A stretch of 64,000 nucleotides of DNA from Actinomycetaceae bacterium (lineage in GTDB: Bacteria; Actinomycetota; Actinomycetes; Actinomycetales; Actinomycetaceae), in NCBI GenBank assembly GCA_030538185.1, contig JAUNUK010000003.1, positions 110,125 through 174,124 on the forward strand. The letters are read 5' to 3'. How positions within the stretch are numbered: the stretch's first letter is position 1; each line of letters starts with the position of its first letter. The notes under the pieces were generated by a model. That model was given only the letters and a program-made list of their open reading frames with translations, made no database searches and was not told the DNA's origin. This document shows, one piece after another, positions 1 to 8,759 of the stretch. A program made the position numbers and the translations under genes.

Positions 1-2
1 GC

Positions 3-908
3 CACGAAGCCGCAGGCCAAGTCGCAGCCGTGGGCGCAAAGGTCACAGACTTACAAGTTGGTGACCGCGTCACTTTCGACTCGACCGTCTACTGCAACCG
101 CTGTCCATCGTGCAAAAAAGGCAATGTGAACCTGTGTACCGACCGGCAGGTCTTGGGCGTTTCTTGTGATGACTACCGCCGCAACGGGGCCTTCGCCGAG
201 TACATGACCGTGCCCTCATACATCTGCTACAAGCTGCCCGACAGTGTCAGCTACGTGCAAGCAGCGATGGTCGAACCCATGGCTATCGCCTACCACGCAG
301 CCACCCGCACCCCTATCGAAGCTGGCATGTCTGTGGTCATTGTCGGTGTTGGAACCATCGGCCTGCTCACCTTGCAAATAGCCAAAGCCATGGGCGCCAA
401 CCCAATAATCGCTGTCGATATCGACCAGGCCAAGTTAGACACCGCCCTCGGAAATGGGGCTAGTCATGCCATCAACTCAAACGACCCAGATGCCCTTGCC
501 AAGATCCTCGAAGCAACCCCCAACAAAGAAGGCGTCGATATTGCCTTTGATGCCACCGGCATTGACGCAACGGTCAACCTCAGCGTGCGCAGCGTGAAGC
601 TCAACGGTGCAATCGTGCTTATTGGCAACCTGGCCCAAAACACAAACTTCCCCCTGCAATGGGTCGTCACCAGGCAACTTAGCCTCTTTGGAACCTGTGC
701 CTCAGCCGGGGAATACCCCGAGTGTCTGCGTCTGATTGCCGAGAAAAAAGTCGACGTCGAGGCACTAATTTCCAAGGTCGTCCCCCTGGAAGACGGCCAC
801 GAGTGGATCACCAGGGTCTACAACCGCGAAGACGGTCTGAACAAGATCGTCGTGTGCCCAACGCCAACCGAAGCACCAACCTCAACACCAACGCCCGAAA
901 ACAACTGA
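3..908 (+). CDS. Zn-dependent alcohol/polyol dehydrogenase (MDR family), 5' end cut by window edge
   Basis: The frame is open from nt 3 (HEAAGQVAAVG). It has a structural-Zn CxxCxxCx7C motif (CNRCPSCKKGNVNLC), a GxGxxG motif (VGVGTIGL) and a Pro/Thr-rich C-terminal tail. Confidence 0.85.
   Translation, partial: HEAAGQVAAVGAKVTDLQVGDRVTFDSTVYCNRCPSCKKGNVNLCTDRQVLGVSCDDYRRNGAFAEYMTVPSYICYKLPDSVSYVQAAMVEPMAIAYHAATRTPIEAGMSVVIVGVGTIGLLTLQIAKAMGANPIIAVDIDQAKLDTALGNGASHAINSNDPDALAKILEATPNKEGVDIAFDATGIDATVNLSVRSVKLNGAIVLIGNLAQNTNFPLQWVVTRQLSLFGTCASAGEYPECLRLIAEKKVDVEALISKVVPLEDGHEWITRVYNREDGLNKIVVCPTPTEAPTSTPTPENN
443..455 (-). repeat. copy of 13-mer ATTTCCGAGGGCG (in ADH CDS)
   Basis: The plus strand reads CGCCCTCGGAAAT. 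Confidence 0.9.
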
Positions 909-925
909 AACCGAAAGGCCTACCA

Positions 926-2011
926 GTGACAGACATCAAAACCGCCGTTATTGGTTGCGGCAAAATCGGCCACTTTCACGCGAAATGCTACCAAACTCTG
1001 CCCGGCAGCCAGTTTGTCGGCGCCGTTGGAACCCGACCCGGTCGCGGCAAAGAATTCGGCGCCCAATACGGCGTGCCCGGCTTTGACTCCCTGGAAGAAC
1101 TGGTCGAAGAGACGGGGGCGCAGGCCATAAGTATCTGCACCCCTCACCCCAACCACGCCGCAGTAGCCGTCGAGGCCGTCCGCTTGGGCCTCCACATTGC
1201 GGTTGAAAAACCTCTGGCCTCGACCCTTGCAGACTGCGACCAGATCATCGCCGCAGCGAACAAAGCCAACATCGTGGGCACGACGATCTGTCAACGCCGC
1301 TTTTACCGCCCGGCCATGCGCGTAAAACAAGCCATTGACGCAGGGAAACTCGGCCAACCGATCCTTGGGACAGTCAATATGCTGGGCTGGCGCGACATGG
1401 ACTATTACCGCAGTGACCCGTGGAGAGGCACCTGGGAAGGCGAAGGCGGCGGCGTCTTGGTCAACCAAGCCCCACACCAACTGGATATGTTGCTGTGGTT
1501 TATGGGCCCAATCAAAGAGGTCGTGGCCACCTGGGACACTCTGAATCACCCCGAACTTGAGGTCGATGACACGGCCATGGCCCTCATTCGTTTCCGCAGC
1601 GGCGCCGTGGGCAATATCGTCGTCAGCAATTCCCAGAATCCTGCCCTGTTCGGCAATGTGCGCGTGCACGGTTCAAATGGCGCCAGCGCGGGTGTTCAAA
1701 CAGATGGCGGGGCCATGTTCATTGCCGGAACCTCTGCGATTTTGGAACCGCCCGTCAACGACATCTGGACCGTGCCGGGCGAAGAAGGCATGTTAGAGGT
1801 CTACCGCAAGGAGGACTCTGACTTCTTCAACAGCGTCGATTCCATGCACCACTTCCACCAAGAACAACTGGCAGATTTCCTCACCGCTATTCGCAATGAC
1901 AGCAAACCTCTGATCACCTTGGAAGACGGGCGAGCAACCGTAGAGTTATTCACCGCCATCTACTGTTCTCAAGAACAGCACAGCTGGGTCCAGTTCCCAC
2001 TAGAAGCTTAG
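926..2011 (+). CDS. Gfo/Idh/MocA family NAD(P)-dependent oxidoreductase
   Basis: It has an N-terminal Rossmann motif (AVIGCGKIGHFH) and an EKP motif (AVEKPLA). I place the start at GTG 926, after a GAAAGG Shine-Dalgarno; the upstream part of ORF 722..2011 overlaps the ADH gene. Confidence 0.85.
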   Translation: MTDIKTAVIGCGKIGHFHAKCYQTLPGSQFVGAVGTRPGRGKEFGAQYGVPGFDSLEELVEETGAQAISICTPHPNHAAVAVEAVRLGLHIAVEKPLASTLADCDQIIAAANKANIVGTTICQRRFYRPAMRVKQAIDAGKLGQPILGTVNMLGWRDMDYYRSDPWRGTWEGEGGGVLVNQAPHQLDMLLWFMGPIKEVVATWDTLNHPELEVDDTAMALIRFRSGAVGNIVVSNSQNPALFGNVRVHGSNGASAGVQTDGGAMFIAGTSAILEPPVNDIWTVPGEEGMLEVYRKEDSDFFNSVDSMHHFHQEQLADFLTAIRNDSKPLITLEDGRATVELFTAIYCSQEQHSWVQFPLEA

Positions 2012-2024
2012 GATTTCCGGCCAA

Positions 2025-2106
2025 AATTGCCGAGGGCGAAGTCCAAGGAATCTGTGGGCACACACAGTTTGTGCCGCAAGAGTTCCTGAGCTTCGCCCTC
2101 GGAATT
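2025..2106. terminator. about 80-nt imperfect palindrome / bidirectional terminator between convergent genes
   Basis: The outer perfect 12-bp stem is CCGAGGGCGAAG (2030-2041) paired with CTTCGCCCTCGG (2091-2102). Inner pairings are GGCACA/TGTGCC and AGGAA/TTCCT. Confidence 0.7.
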
Positions 2107-2115
2107 AGTCTTTGC

Positions 2116-2934
2116 CTAGCCCTTGACCGCGCCTGCTGTCAGCCCGGAAACAACATACTTCTGGGCGAATAGCGCGATGATCATGATTGGCAATGTCACC
2201 ACCGAGGCTGCCGCCATGAGGCCACCCCAGTCGATGCTGGCGTAGCCGATGAAGTCAAAGATAGCCACAGGCAGGGTCTTTGTCTTTGCACCGGACAGCA
2301 CCAAGGCAAACATAAAGTTATTCCAGGAAAAGATGAAGGACAAAATGGATGCCGTGGCAATCCCTGGGACGCTCATGGGTAGGGTGATGCGCAGCCACGC
2401 ACCGATGGGCGTGAGGCCATCAACCTCGGCTGCTTCTTCCAGTTCCAGTGGCAAGCCGTCGAAGAATCCCATCATGATGTACAAAATCAACGGCAGCGAG
2501 ACGAACATGTGGGACAGGATGAGGACCCCGTAACCGCCCACCATCCGCAGATTTGAAAACAGATAGAACCACGGAACCAGCAGTGACACACCGGGGATCA
2601 CGCGAGCCATTAGAACGACAATAGCCTGGCGTTTCATGACGAAACGGCTCATGGAATAGGCGGCGGGCACACCCAGAACTAGCGATATGCCTGTCGAGAT
2701 GGCTGCCACCAGGAAGCTATTCCACATGAACATGCCGAAATTGGCTTGCTGGAAAACCCGGTGATAGTTCTCCAGGGAAGGTTCGAAAACGAACAGCGCA
2801 GATGTGTCATAGATCTGAACGTTGTTCTTCAAGGAGCTAATGACCATAAACATAATGGGCAAAAGCATTGTGAACAGCAACAAGACAATGGCCGCCACAC
2901 GAAATATCTTAAAGCCTAGAGAAGTACGCATCAT
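2116..2934 (-). CDS. carbohydrate ABC transporter permease (MalG-like)
   Basis: This is a polytopic 272-aa ORF with an EAA-loop-like LELEEAAEVDGLTP. Its start overlaps the stop of the upstream permease by 4 nt. Confidence 0.85.
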   Translation of the reverse strand: MMRTSLGFKIFRVAAIVLLLFTMLLPIMFMVISSLKNNVQIYDTSALFVFEPSLENYHRVFQQANFGMFMWNSFLVAAISTGISLVLGVPAAYSMSRFVMKRQAIVVLMARVIPGVSLLVPWFYLFSNLRMVGGYGVLILSHMFVSLPLILYIMMGFFDGLPLELEEAAEVDGLTPIGAWLRITLPMSVPGIATASILSFIFSWNNFMFALVLSGAKTKTLPVAIFDFIGYASIDWGGLMAAASVVTLPIMIIALFAQKYVVSGLTAGAVKG

Positions 2935-3893
2935 CGCTCCTTATTCCGGGTCGTGAGCAGCAGCATTGCCACAATGATCAGGGCAAAGAACAAAATGAGG
3001 ACCGTTGAGGCCACACCGTACTCGTTGTAGTCAAAGCTCAGACCGTAGGCGTAGACGTTAAGGGTTTCGACTTCGTGGAATGAGCCACCACCGCGGCCTT
3101 TTGTCGAATAGAGAATGTCGAAGGTTTTTAGTGCATCGATACCGCGCAATAGCAAGGCAACGACAACCGATGGCCACACGAGCGGCAAGGTGACGTACCA
3201 GAACCGTTGCCACGCGCTTGCACCGTCGATGGCTGCGGCTTCGTCAGTTTCTTCCGGCAGAGAAGACAGACCGGCAAGAAGAATGAGGGCCACCATCGGG
3301 GTCCACTGCCACACATCGATCAGCATCGTGGTTGCCAGGGCCGTTTTTTCGCCAGAGAGCCACGGGAATGGGCCTAAACCAATAAGGCCCAGCAAGTAGT
3401 TGGCAGGTCCAATATTGGGGTCGAAGATGAGGCGCCACATCATTCCGACTGCAACGGGTGTGGCCACCAGCGGCATGAGAATAGCTACGCGCACAAAACC
3501 TTGTCCCTTGAAGGCCCGGCGCAGCAGCAAAGCGATACACATGCCCAAGACCATTTGCGCAAACAGGACCCCGCCGGTAAAGAAAAGCGTCCTCCACACC
3601 GAGGGCCAAAACCGGGCAGTGTCTGTCAAAACCTCGATGTAGTTGTCGATGCCGTTAAATTTCTTGGGTGCCCGAACCGAACCTTCTGCATTGGTAAAAC
3701 TGAGGTATATCGTCCATCCCAGGGGGAAAAGCAGCATTGCTGCGGTAAAAATCATCGCAGGTGCTGCCAACAACCACTTGCGATTCTTATTCGCCCAGCG
3801 AGAAAACTCACTTTGTTTCCGTCGCGGGTGATCAATGCTGGCCGAACCGGCCAAAATGCTAATGGGAACGTCAGAGCTAGTAGACATCCTCAC
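2931..3893 (-). CDS. carbohydrate ABC transporter permease (MalF-like)
   Basis: This is a polytopic 320-aa ORF with the EAA loop ETDEAAAIDGASAWQRF. It lies in an operon with the binding protein and the second permease. Confidence 0.85.
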   Translation of the reverse strand: MRMSTSSDVPISILAGSASIDHPRRKQSEFSRWANKNRKWLLAAPAMIFTAAMLLFPLGWTIYLSFTNAEGSVRAPKKFNGIDNYIEVLTDTARFWPSVWRTLFFTGGVLFAQMVLGMCIALLLRRAFKGQGFVRVAILMPLVATPVAVGMMWRLIFDPNIGPANYLLGLIGLGPFPWLSGEKTALATTMLIDVWQWTPMVALILLAGLSSLPEETDEAAAIDGASAWQRFWYVTLPLVWPSVVVALLLRGIDALKTFDILYSTKGRGGGSFHEVETLNVYAYGLSFDYNEYGVASTVLILFFALIIVAMLLLTTRNKER

Positions 3894-3911
3894 CTACCCT
3901 AAATTGTCGCA

Positions 3912-3974
3912 GTTGCGGGGATACCTGCGTTTCAGTCATAGAAAGAACTAGAAAGAAACAGGTATCCCCGCAAC
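3912..3974 (-). terminator. intercistronic stem-loop after the binding-protein gene (attenuator/mRNA stabiliser)
   Basis: A perfect 16-bp stem (GTTGCGGGGATACCTG / CAGGTATCCCCGCAAC) with a 31-nt loop sits between the SBP stop (3983) and the permease start (3893). Confidence 0.7.
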
Positions 3975-3982
3975 CATACGGG

Positions 3983-5272
3983 TTACTTATTCTCGTCGTC
4001 CAGGAATGCTTGGTACTCGGTGTGTGCGGAGGCTAATGCAGCCTCCCAGTCTTTACCAGTAATCCCCTCAACCAAAGGTTGACCCACGATCTCACGCGCC
4101 TTGGCGACCTGTATCACCAAAGGACGGTCGTGGCCGACACCAGTCTTTGCACCTTCTTGAGCTGCGGCAACCAAATCCTGTGGGTAGTCCTTCGTGGCTT
4201 CAGGATCTGCCCAGGTGGACACGCGCGCTGAAGGAACGCCAGACTGCTGGTTCTTCAGGGTCTGCGCCTTGCTGGTTGCCCACTCAATGAACTTCCAGGC
4301 ATTGTCCTTGTTCTTGGAACCTTCGTTCATGCCCAGTGCCCAGGAAGGAATATTGTAAGGCTTAGATCCTGCAGGTCCCGCGGGGAAGGCGGCGAAGCCG
4401 ACAGTCTCGGATACCTGGGACTTGGAAGGATCTGTCGCGTTCTTGTACAGGGAGTCAGCTTCAGTGTAGAAAGCCGACTGGCCTTGAGTGAAGACGGCCA
4501 TAGCCTCTGGCCAGCTCATATCAGTGGTGACCGAAGCGGGGCCATACTCACGGATCATCTTGCTGTAGAAGTTATAGGCATCCTTGGCTGCCTGTGTATC
4601 CAGCGTTGCCTTGCCGTCCTTGTCGAAGTCTCCTCCGAAGCTGTACAAGTAGCTAGAGAACTGGGTAACAGCAGCCGTGCGCCCTGTGCGAGCTACGAAT
4701 CCTGCGGTACCTGGGTTATCAGCCTTGATCTTGGCTGACATGCTCTCAAGTTCTTCCATAGTGGTGGGTGGTGCGCTGAAGCCGGACTTCTCTAGTAGAT
4801 CTTTTCGGTAGTAAAGGACCTCACGCTCGGTGATAATGGGGACACCCACAACCTTGCCCTCATATGTGGTGGCCGTAACTGGCCCTTCTTGATAGTCGGC
4901 CCAGTCCCAGTCTGCATTTTGCTTGACCATGTCAGTCAGATCGGACATCCACCCGTTGCGGGCGAACATCTTGCCTTCCTGCAGAGGGCGGTACATCATC
5001 ACATCTAGGTCTTCTGATCCAGCATTCAACTTGACGTTGTACTGGTCGGACAGCTGGTCCTCACCCAGCTGAGTAAGTTCAACCTTAAGTCCTGTTTCTT
5101 TTTCAAATTCCGGCAAGTCTGCCTTAATGTTTTCGGTCCACACGTGGTTGGCCAAAGTAACTCGAACGGTAGTGTCGCCTGCCTTGTCACCACCATCGCC
5201 TCCCCCACAACCGGCAAGGCCAAGTGATGCGATAATGGCAAGCGAAATACCTACAACATGGAAACGTCTCAA
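3983..5272 (-). CDS. sugar ABC transporter substrate-binding lipoprotein
   Basis: It has a signal peptide with the lipobox LAGCGG, is 429 aa long, and is the first gene of the ABC operon. Confidence 0.85.
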   Translation of the reverse strand: MRRFHVVGISLAIIASLGLAGCGGGDGGDKAGDTTVRVTLANHVWTENIKADLPEFEKETGLKVELTQLGEDQLSDQYNVKLNAGSEDLDVMMYRPLQEGKMFARNGWMSDLTDMVKQNADWDWADYQEGPVTATTYEGKVVGVPIITEREVLYYRKDLLEKSGFSAPPTTMEELESMSAKIKADNPGTAGFVARTGRTAAVTQFSSYLYSFGGDFDKDGKATLDTQAAKDAYNFYSKMIREYGPASVTTDMSWPEAMAVFTQGQSAFYTEADSLYKNATDPSKSQVSETVGFAAFPAGPAGSKPYNIPSWALGMNEGSKNKDNAWKFIEWATSKAQTLKNQQSGVPSARVSTWADPEATKDYPQDLVAAAQEGAKTGVGHDRPLVIQVAKAREIVGQPLVEGITGKDWEAALASAHTEYQAFLDDENK

Positions 5273-5349
5273 CAGATTCTCCTTTGATCAGTTGCTCGTC
5301 AGTGAGCGGTAGAAAGAGTGACTCCACCCGCATATCAACATGGTATAGA

Positions 5350-5364
5350 ATAAGTCAGACTTAT
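5350..5364. promoter_or_regulatory. candidate GntR-family operator
   Basis: The perfect palindrome ATAAGTC-A-GACTTAT (GT..AC core) lies in the 108-nt divergent region between the ABC operon and the GntR gene. Confidence 0.5.
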
Positions 5365-5380
5365 CAATTTAGGAAGCGCT

Positions 5381-6166
5381 TTGAGCAAAGTAATCAAATC
5401 TTTATCTAACCGAGAGCAAAGCTCCACCCTAGACCCCCCGGGCACACCCCCAGGTGGGAGCCTACAGCGCACCATTATCGAACGCTTTGGACGCAGCGTT
5501 ATAAGCGGCCAATGGGAAGCCGGGACCGTACTTAATATGGACGATCTGGCTCTTGAACACGGAGTTTCTCGCTCGGTCATCCGAGAAGCAGTGGGGGTGT
5601 TGACAAACTATGGCCTGCTCGAATCCAGAAAAAGAAGAGGAACCATCGTTCTTGAAAGCAGTGCTTGGAATGCTTTTGCCCCCGATGTCATTGCGTGGCG
5701 CCTAGACGATCCCCAGCAACGTGACGAACAGTTCAGGTCCCTTGTCGAACTGCGCATGGCTATCGAACCCGTCGCCGCATACCTTGCGGCCTACCGCATC
5801 GACCCTGAACAAGGCAAGCAACTAATCTCTGTGGCAGAAAAAATGATCGAGCTGGGCGCCTCGGGACGACTTGACCGTTTTTTGGAAGCAGACCTTTTAT
5901 TCCACCAAATTCTGCTGCAGGGATCGAATAATGACCTGTTTCTCACCTTAAACATGTTCATTGAAGAAATCCTCGCAGGCCGTCACCGCCTCGGCCGCAT
6001 GCCCTTCCGCACAGATCCTGGTGCAACAGATCAGCACCTTGTATTAGCTAAGGCCATCGCCCACGGCGATCCGCTCGCCGCTCGCGCAGCCTGCACCTAC
6101 ATCGTCGAACAGGCCGCTGAGGAACTTAACCTCGCCGACCCGACCTTGAGGGCCTTACACAATTAG
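5381..6166 (+). CDS. GntR/FadR-family transcriptional regulator (FCD domain)
   Basis: It has a winged HTH (LALEHGVSRSVIREAVGVLTNYGLLESRKRRGTIV) followed by a helical C-terminal domain. It is divergent from the ABC operon. Confidence 0.8.
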   Translation: MSKVIKSLSNREQSSTLDPPGTPPGGSLQRTIIERFGRSVISGQWEAGTVLNMDDLALEHGVSRSVIREAVGVLTNYGLLESRKRRGTIVLESSAWNAFAPDVIAWRLDDPQQRDEQFRSLVELRMAIEPVAAYLAAYRIDPEQGKQLISVAEKMIELGASGRLDRFLEADLLFHQILLQGSNNDLFLTLNMFIEEILAGRHRLGRMPFRTDPGATDQHLVLAKAIAHGDPLAARAACTYIVEQAAEELNLADPTLRALHN

Positions 6167-6202
6167 TTCTGTCGAAAACCGCGACCAGAGCAAGCACCAA
6201 GC

Positions 6203-6883
6203 CTAGGGCAGCGCCCACTCCACAGGCGTAGCACCCTGCTGCATCAGCAACTCATTCGCCCTCGAAAATGGTTTTGATCCGAAAAAACCGCGGGCAGCCG
6301 ACAAAGGTGATGGGTGCACAGATTCGATTCTCGGGGTTTCGCCCAGCATGGGGGCAAGGCTGCGCGCGTCATTCCCCCACAGGATTGCAACCAAAGGTTT
6401 GTTCCTGGCCACCAAAGCCTCGATCGCACACTGGGTGACTTCCTCCCATCCTTTACCGCGATGAGAGGCGGCCATGCCAGGCTGCACCGTCAACACACGG
6501 TTTAGCAAACACACACCTTGCTTCGCCCAAGGAATTAAATCTCCCGAGGACGGCATGCTTACACCCAAGTCGTCGTGCAATTCGTGATAGATATTGACCA
6601 AAGAACGTGGCGGGTTGACGCCGGGAGACACTGAAAAGCTGAGGCCCATGGCGTGACCTGGTGTTGGATAAGGATCTTGCCCCACCAGTAAAACCTTCAC
6701 CTCATCGAATGGGTAGGTAAAGGCGCGCAGCACGGCGCTGCCTGGAGGAAAGTAACCACGTCCCGCAGCTATTTCGGCGCGCAACATGTCACCCAGCACG
6801 CGGATCTGTCCTTCGACAGGACGCAAGGCAGTGGCCCACCCGGGATCTAGCAATTCTTCCAAAGGCTTTGGTGCATCGCTCAT
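6203..6883 (-). CDS. ung: uracil-DNA glycosylase, family 1
   Basis: It carries GQDPYP (motif A) and HPSPLS (motif B) and is 226 aa long. Confidence 0.92.
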   Translation of the reverse strand: MSDAPKPLEELLDPGWATALRPVEGQIRVLGDMLRAEIAAGRGYFPPGSAVLRAFTYPFDEVKVLLVGQDPYPTPGHAMGLSFSVSPGVNPPRSLVNIYHELHDDLGVSMPSSGDLIPWAKQGVCLLNRVLTVQPGMAASHRGKGWEEVTQCAIEALVARNKPLVAILWGNDARSLAPMLGETPRIESVHPSPLSAARGFFGSKPFSRANELLMQQGATPVEWALP

Positions 6884-6932
6884 ATTTCCAAGCCTAAGCT
6901 GTGTGTCCTTGTCTTGTCACGCGCGTCCCGCA

Positions 6933-8567
6933 TCAACTGGCGCGTCCCAACACTTCGTCAATCTTCAAGGCGAACTGGATATTGAAAAAGTCTTCTGATG
7001 TATCCACATCGCAGCTGAGAATTTTGTTTATTTTTTCAATCCGTGCGCGTAAGGTATTTTTATGAATACATAGCTGCTGTTCTGTGAGCACTTTAGAACG
7101 ATTGTTATTAATATATGTTTCCAACGTCTTTCTGAGCTCACTTCCATACTGGGTGTCGTGTGCAACCAAAGGCGATAGATACATGTCTTCCATTCTTGTC
7201 AAAAGATTGGCGTCAAGATTCCCTTCGTTGTCTATTAAAAATCTAATAACACCCAAATCTGAATAATAAACAAGGCTGCGACTAGCTTTCTTTCGTCTCG
7301 CGTAATCTGCTGCACGCATTGATTCAGATAGTCCTCTAGCCGTGTCCGACAAGGGCATTGGGCCACTTACCCCCACTGGAACCTCATACACATGCAAGGC
7401 CTTGACATAGAGTTCGCGGATTTTAAGAACGAGAGCTTCAATGTCAGTAAGTGAATCTGGGATAAGGAATAATTGTCCTCGTCTATGTTCGAACATAATA
7501 ATATGTTCCCATCGAAGAATATTTCTTTCGCACATTCCCTGGAAAAGACTCATCCTGCTGTTCATAGTAACCATAGAGTCCGCAAATTCTTCATGAGACA
7601 AGAAAACGAAATAATATCCAGAATGGATTTTTTTCTTGAGCGGTGAAAGGATACGCCGAGCACCCTCTGGGGTTAGTTGTGCCTCAGACAAAAGCACCTC
7701 AAGTAGGAGGCTGTTAAATTTTCGTGTCGCAGATGAGATTTCGTTTTGGCGGGTGAAGTGTAATGCCACAAAGAGGCTCAATGTCTGGACCTGTGTTAGC
7801 TCTAACCCTTGTAACGCTTCCTCTCCCTTTAAGGACGTCACCAGAATCCAGCCGTAGCGCGTCTGGTTAAATTCTACGGGATATGCAAAAACTCTAAGAC
7901 CGGCCTCAATCGTGGCCGAAGTGGTGATCTCTGCTGCCCCTGCGCCCTGCGAAGATTTTTGGGAGGTGGCACTGAGGCTAAGGTGACTACGGTCTGCCCC
8001 TTTCAGCAGCAGCTTCCAGTCGAGGTTGTCCGAGGCTCCAACCAGGTACAGATCGCTGTCTGCGATCGCAACCCCAAGTTTTGAGCCTGTAGCAGTGGTA
8101 GAGCAGATTTTACTTAAGGATTCACCTGCAATCACCGAGTTCATAAGCTCTTGATGGAAGTGTTGATTGTCTTCAATGGCACGATACGGGGCTCCGACCA
8201 TGGTTCTAATGATCGGATTCATCACTTGCCCCCAGTTCATATCTCCAGGGGCCAATAAGATAGGGAATCCAACTTCATCGCAATAGCTAAAGACTTCTTG
8301 AGGTAACCTTTCGGTGAATTTACTTTTCGTTACGATTCCTGCAACATCTTTGACGATCAGGGTGTCGATAAACTCTTTGGACAAGGTGTTTTCAAAGAGG
8401 ACACCCCCGATAAGCAATTCAAAACCGGTCAGCCAATCAGCTATATCTGGGATGTCCATAATGGTTACGGATGTAATTTTGCGCGACAGCCCTGTGGATC
8501 CTGCAAGGACGTGCAAGCTTCCGTCAACTTTCACCGCATCAGCAACTGTAAACACCTTGCCTCCCAA
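6933..8567 (-). CDS. PucR/CdaR-family transcriptional regulator
   Basis: It has a PucR-type N-terminal domain (HVLAGSTGLSRKITSVTIMDIPDIADWL) and a C-terminal HTH (LCIHKNTLRARIEKINKIL). Its composition is clearly AT-richer than the neighbouring genes. Confidence 0.8.
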   Translation of the reverse strand: MGGKVFTVADAVKVDGSLHVLAGSTGLSRKITSVTIMDIPDIADWLTGFELLIGGVLFENTLSKEFIDTLIVKDVAGIVTKSKFTERLPQEVFSYCDEVGFPILLAPGDMNWGQVMNPIIRTMVGAPYRAIEDNQHFHQELMNSVIAGESLSKICSTTATGSKLGVAIADSDLYLVGASDNLDWKLLLKGADRSHLSLSATSQKSSQGAGAAEITTSATIEAGLRVFAYPVEFNQTRYGWILVTSLKGEEALQGLELTQVQTLSLFVALHFTRQNEISSATRKFNSLLLEVLLSEAQLTPEGARRILSPLKKKIHSGYYFVFLSHEEFADSMVTMNSRMSLFQGMCERNILRWEHIIMFEHRRGQLFLIPDSLTDIEALVLKIRELYVKALHVYEVPVGVSGPMPLSDTARGLSESMRAADYARRKKASRSLVYYSDLGVIRFLIDNEGNLDANLLTRMEDMYLSPLVAHDTQYGSELRKTLETYINNNRSKVLTEQQLCIHKNTLRARIEKINKILSCDVDTSEDFFNIQFALKIDEVLGRAS

Positions 8568-8600
8568 GGCAATTCGTCATGCCATCGTCGGTCCAAGTTA

Positions 8601-8627
8601 GGACATAAGTCTTTTTAGACTATGTCC
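8601..8627. promoter_or_regulatory. imperfect palindrome in the pucR / carbamoyltransferase divergent promoter region
   Basis: The sequence is GGACATAAGTCT-TTTT-AGACTATGTCC (one bulged base). It shares the ATAAGTC/GACT half-site with the palindrome at 5350. Confidence 0.4.
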
Positions 8628-8759
8628 GATGGTACAAGAAAACCAGCAACAAACGTACCTTAGCACCATAGTTTTGCAGATAGTTTTCTCCCTACTCTAG
8701 AAACCTAGGCACCTGTTATCACACTGCCCCAGCAACAACGACGTAGCAACGGAGGATCT

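Noticed and set aside
722-925. N-terminal extension of ORF 722..2011 (Arg/Pro-rich, overlapping the end of the ADH gene)
   Set aside because: The Rossmann fold starts right after GTG 926, which has a Shine-Dalgarno. The extension is low-complexity, out-of-frame overlap typical of GC-rich DNA.
920-1669. 249-aa antisense ORF opposite the Gfo/Idh/MocA gene. Similar long antisense ORFs lie at 21851..22756, 55233..55748, 50334..50867, 24290..24838 and 30964..31584.
   Set aside because: They lie opposite genes with clear family motifs, have Arg/Gly/Ala/Pro-rich unstructured translations, and have no Shine-Dalgarno. These are the classic shadow ORFs of GC-rich coding DNA.
6900-6950. Direct repeat GCGCGTCCC x2 at the ung/pucR boundary, considered as a possible island att-like scar
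   Set aside because: It is only 9 nt, and there is no matching copy at the other island boundary (14565-14623).
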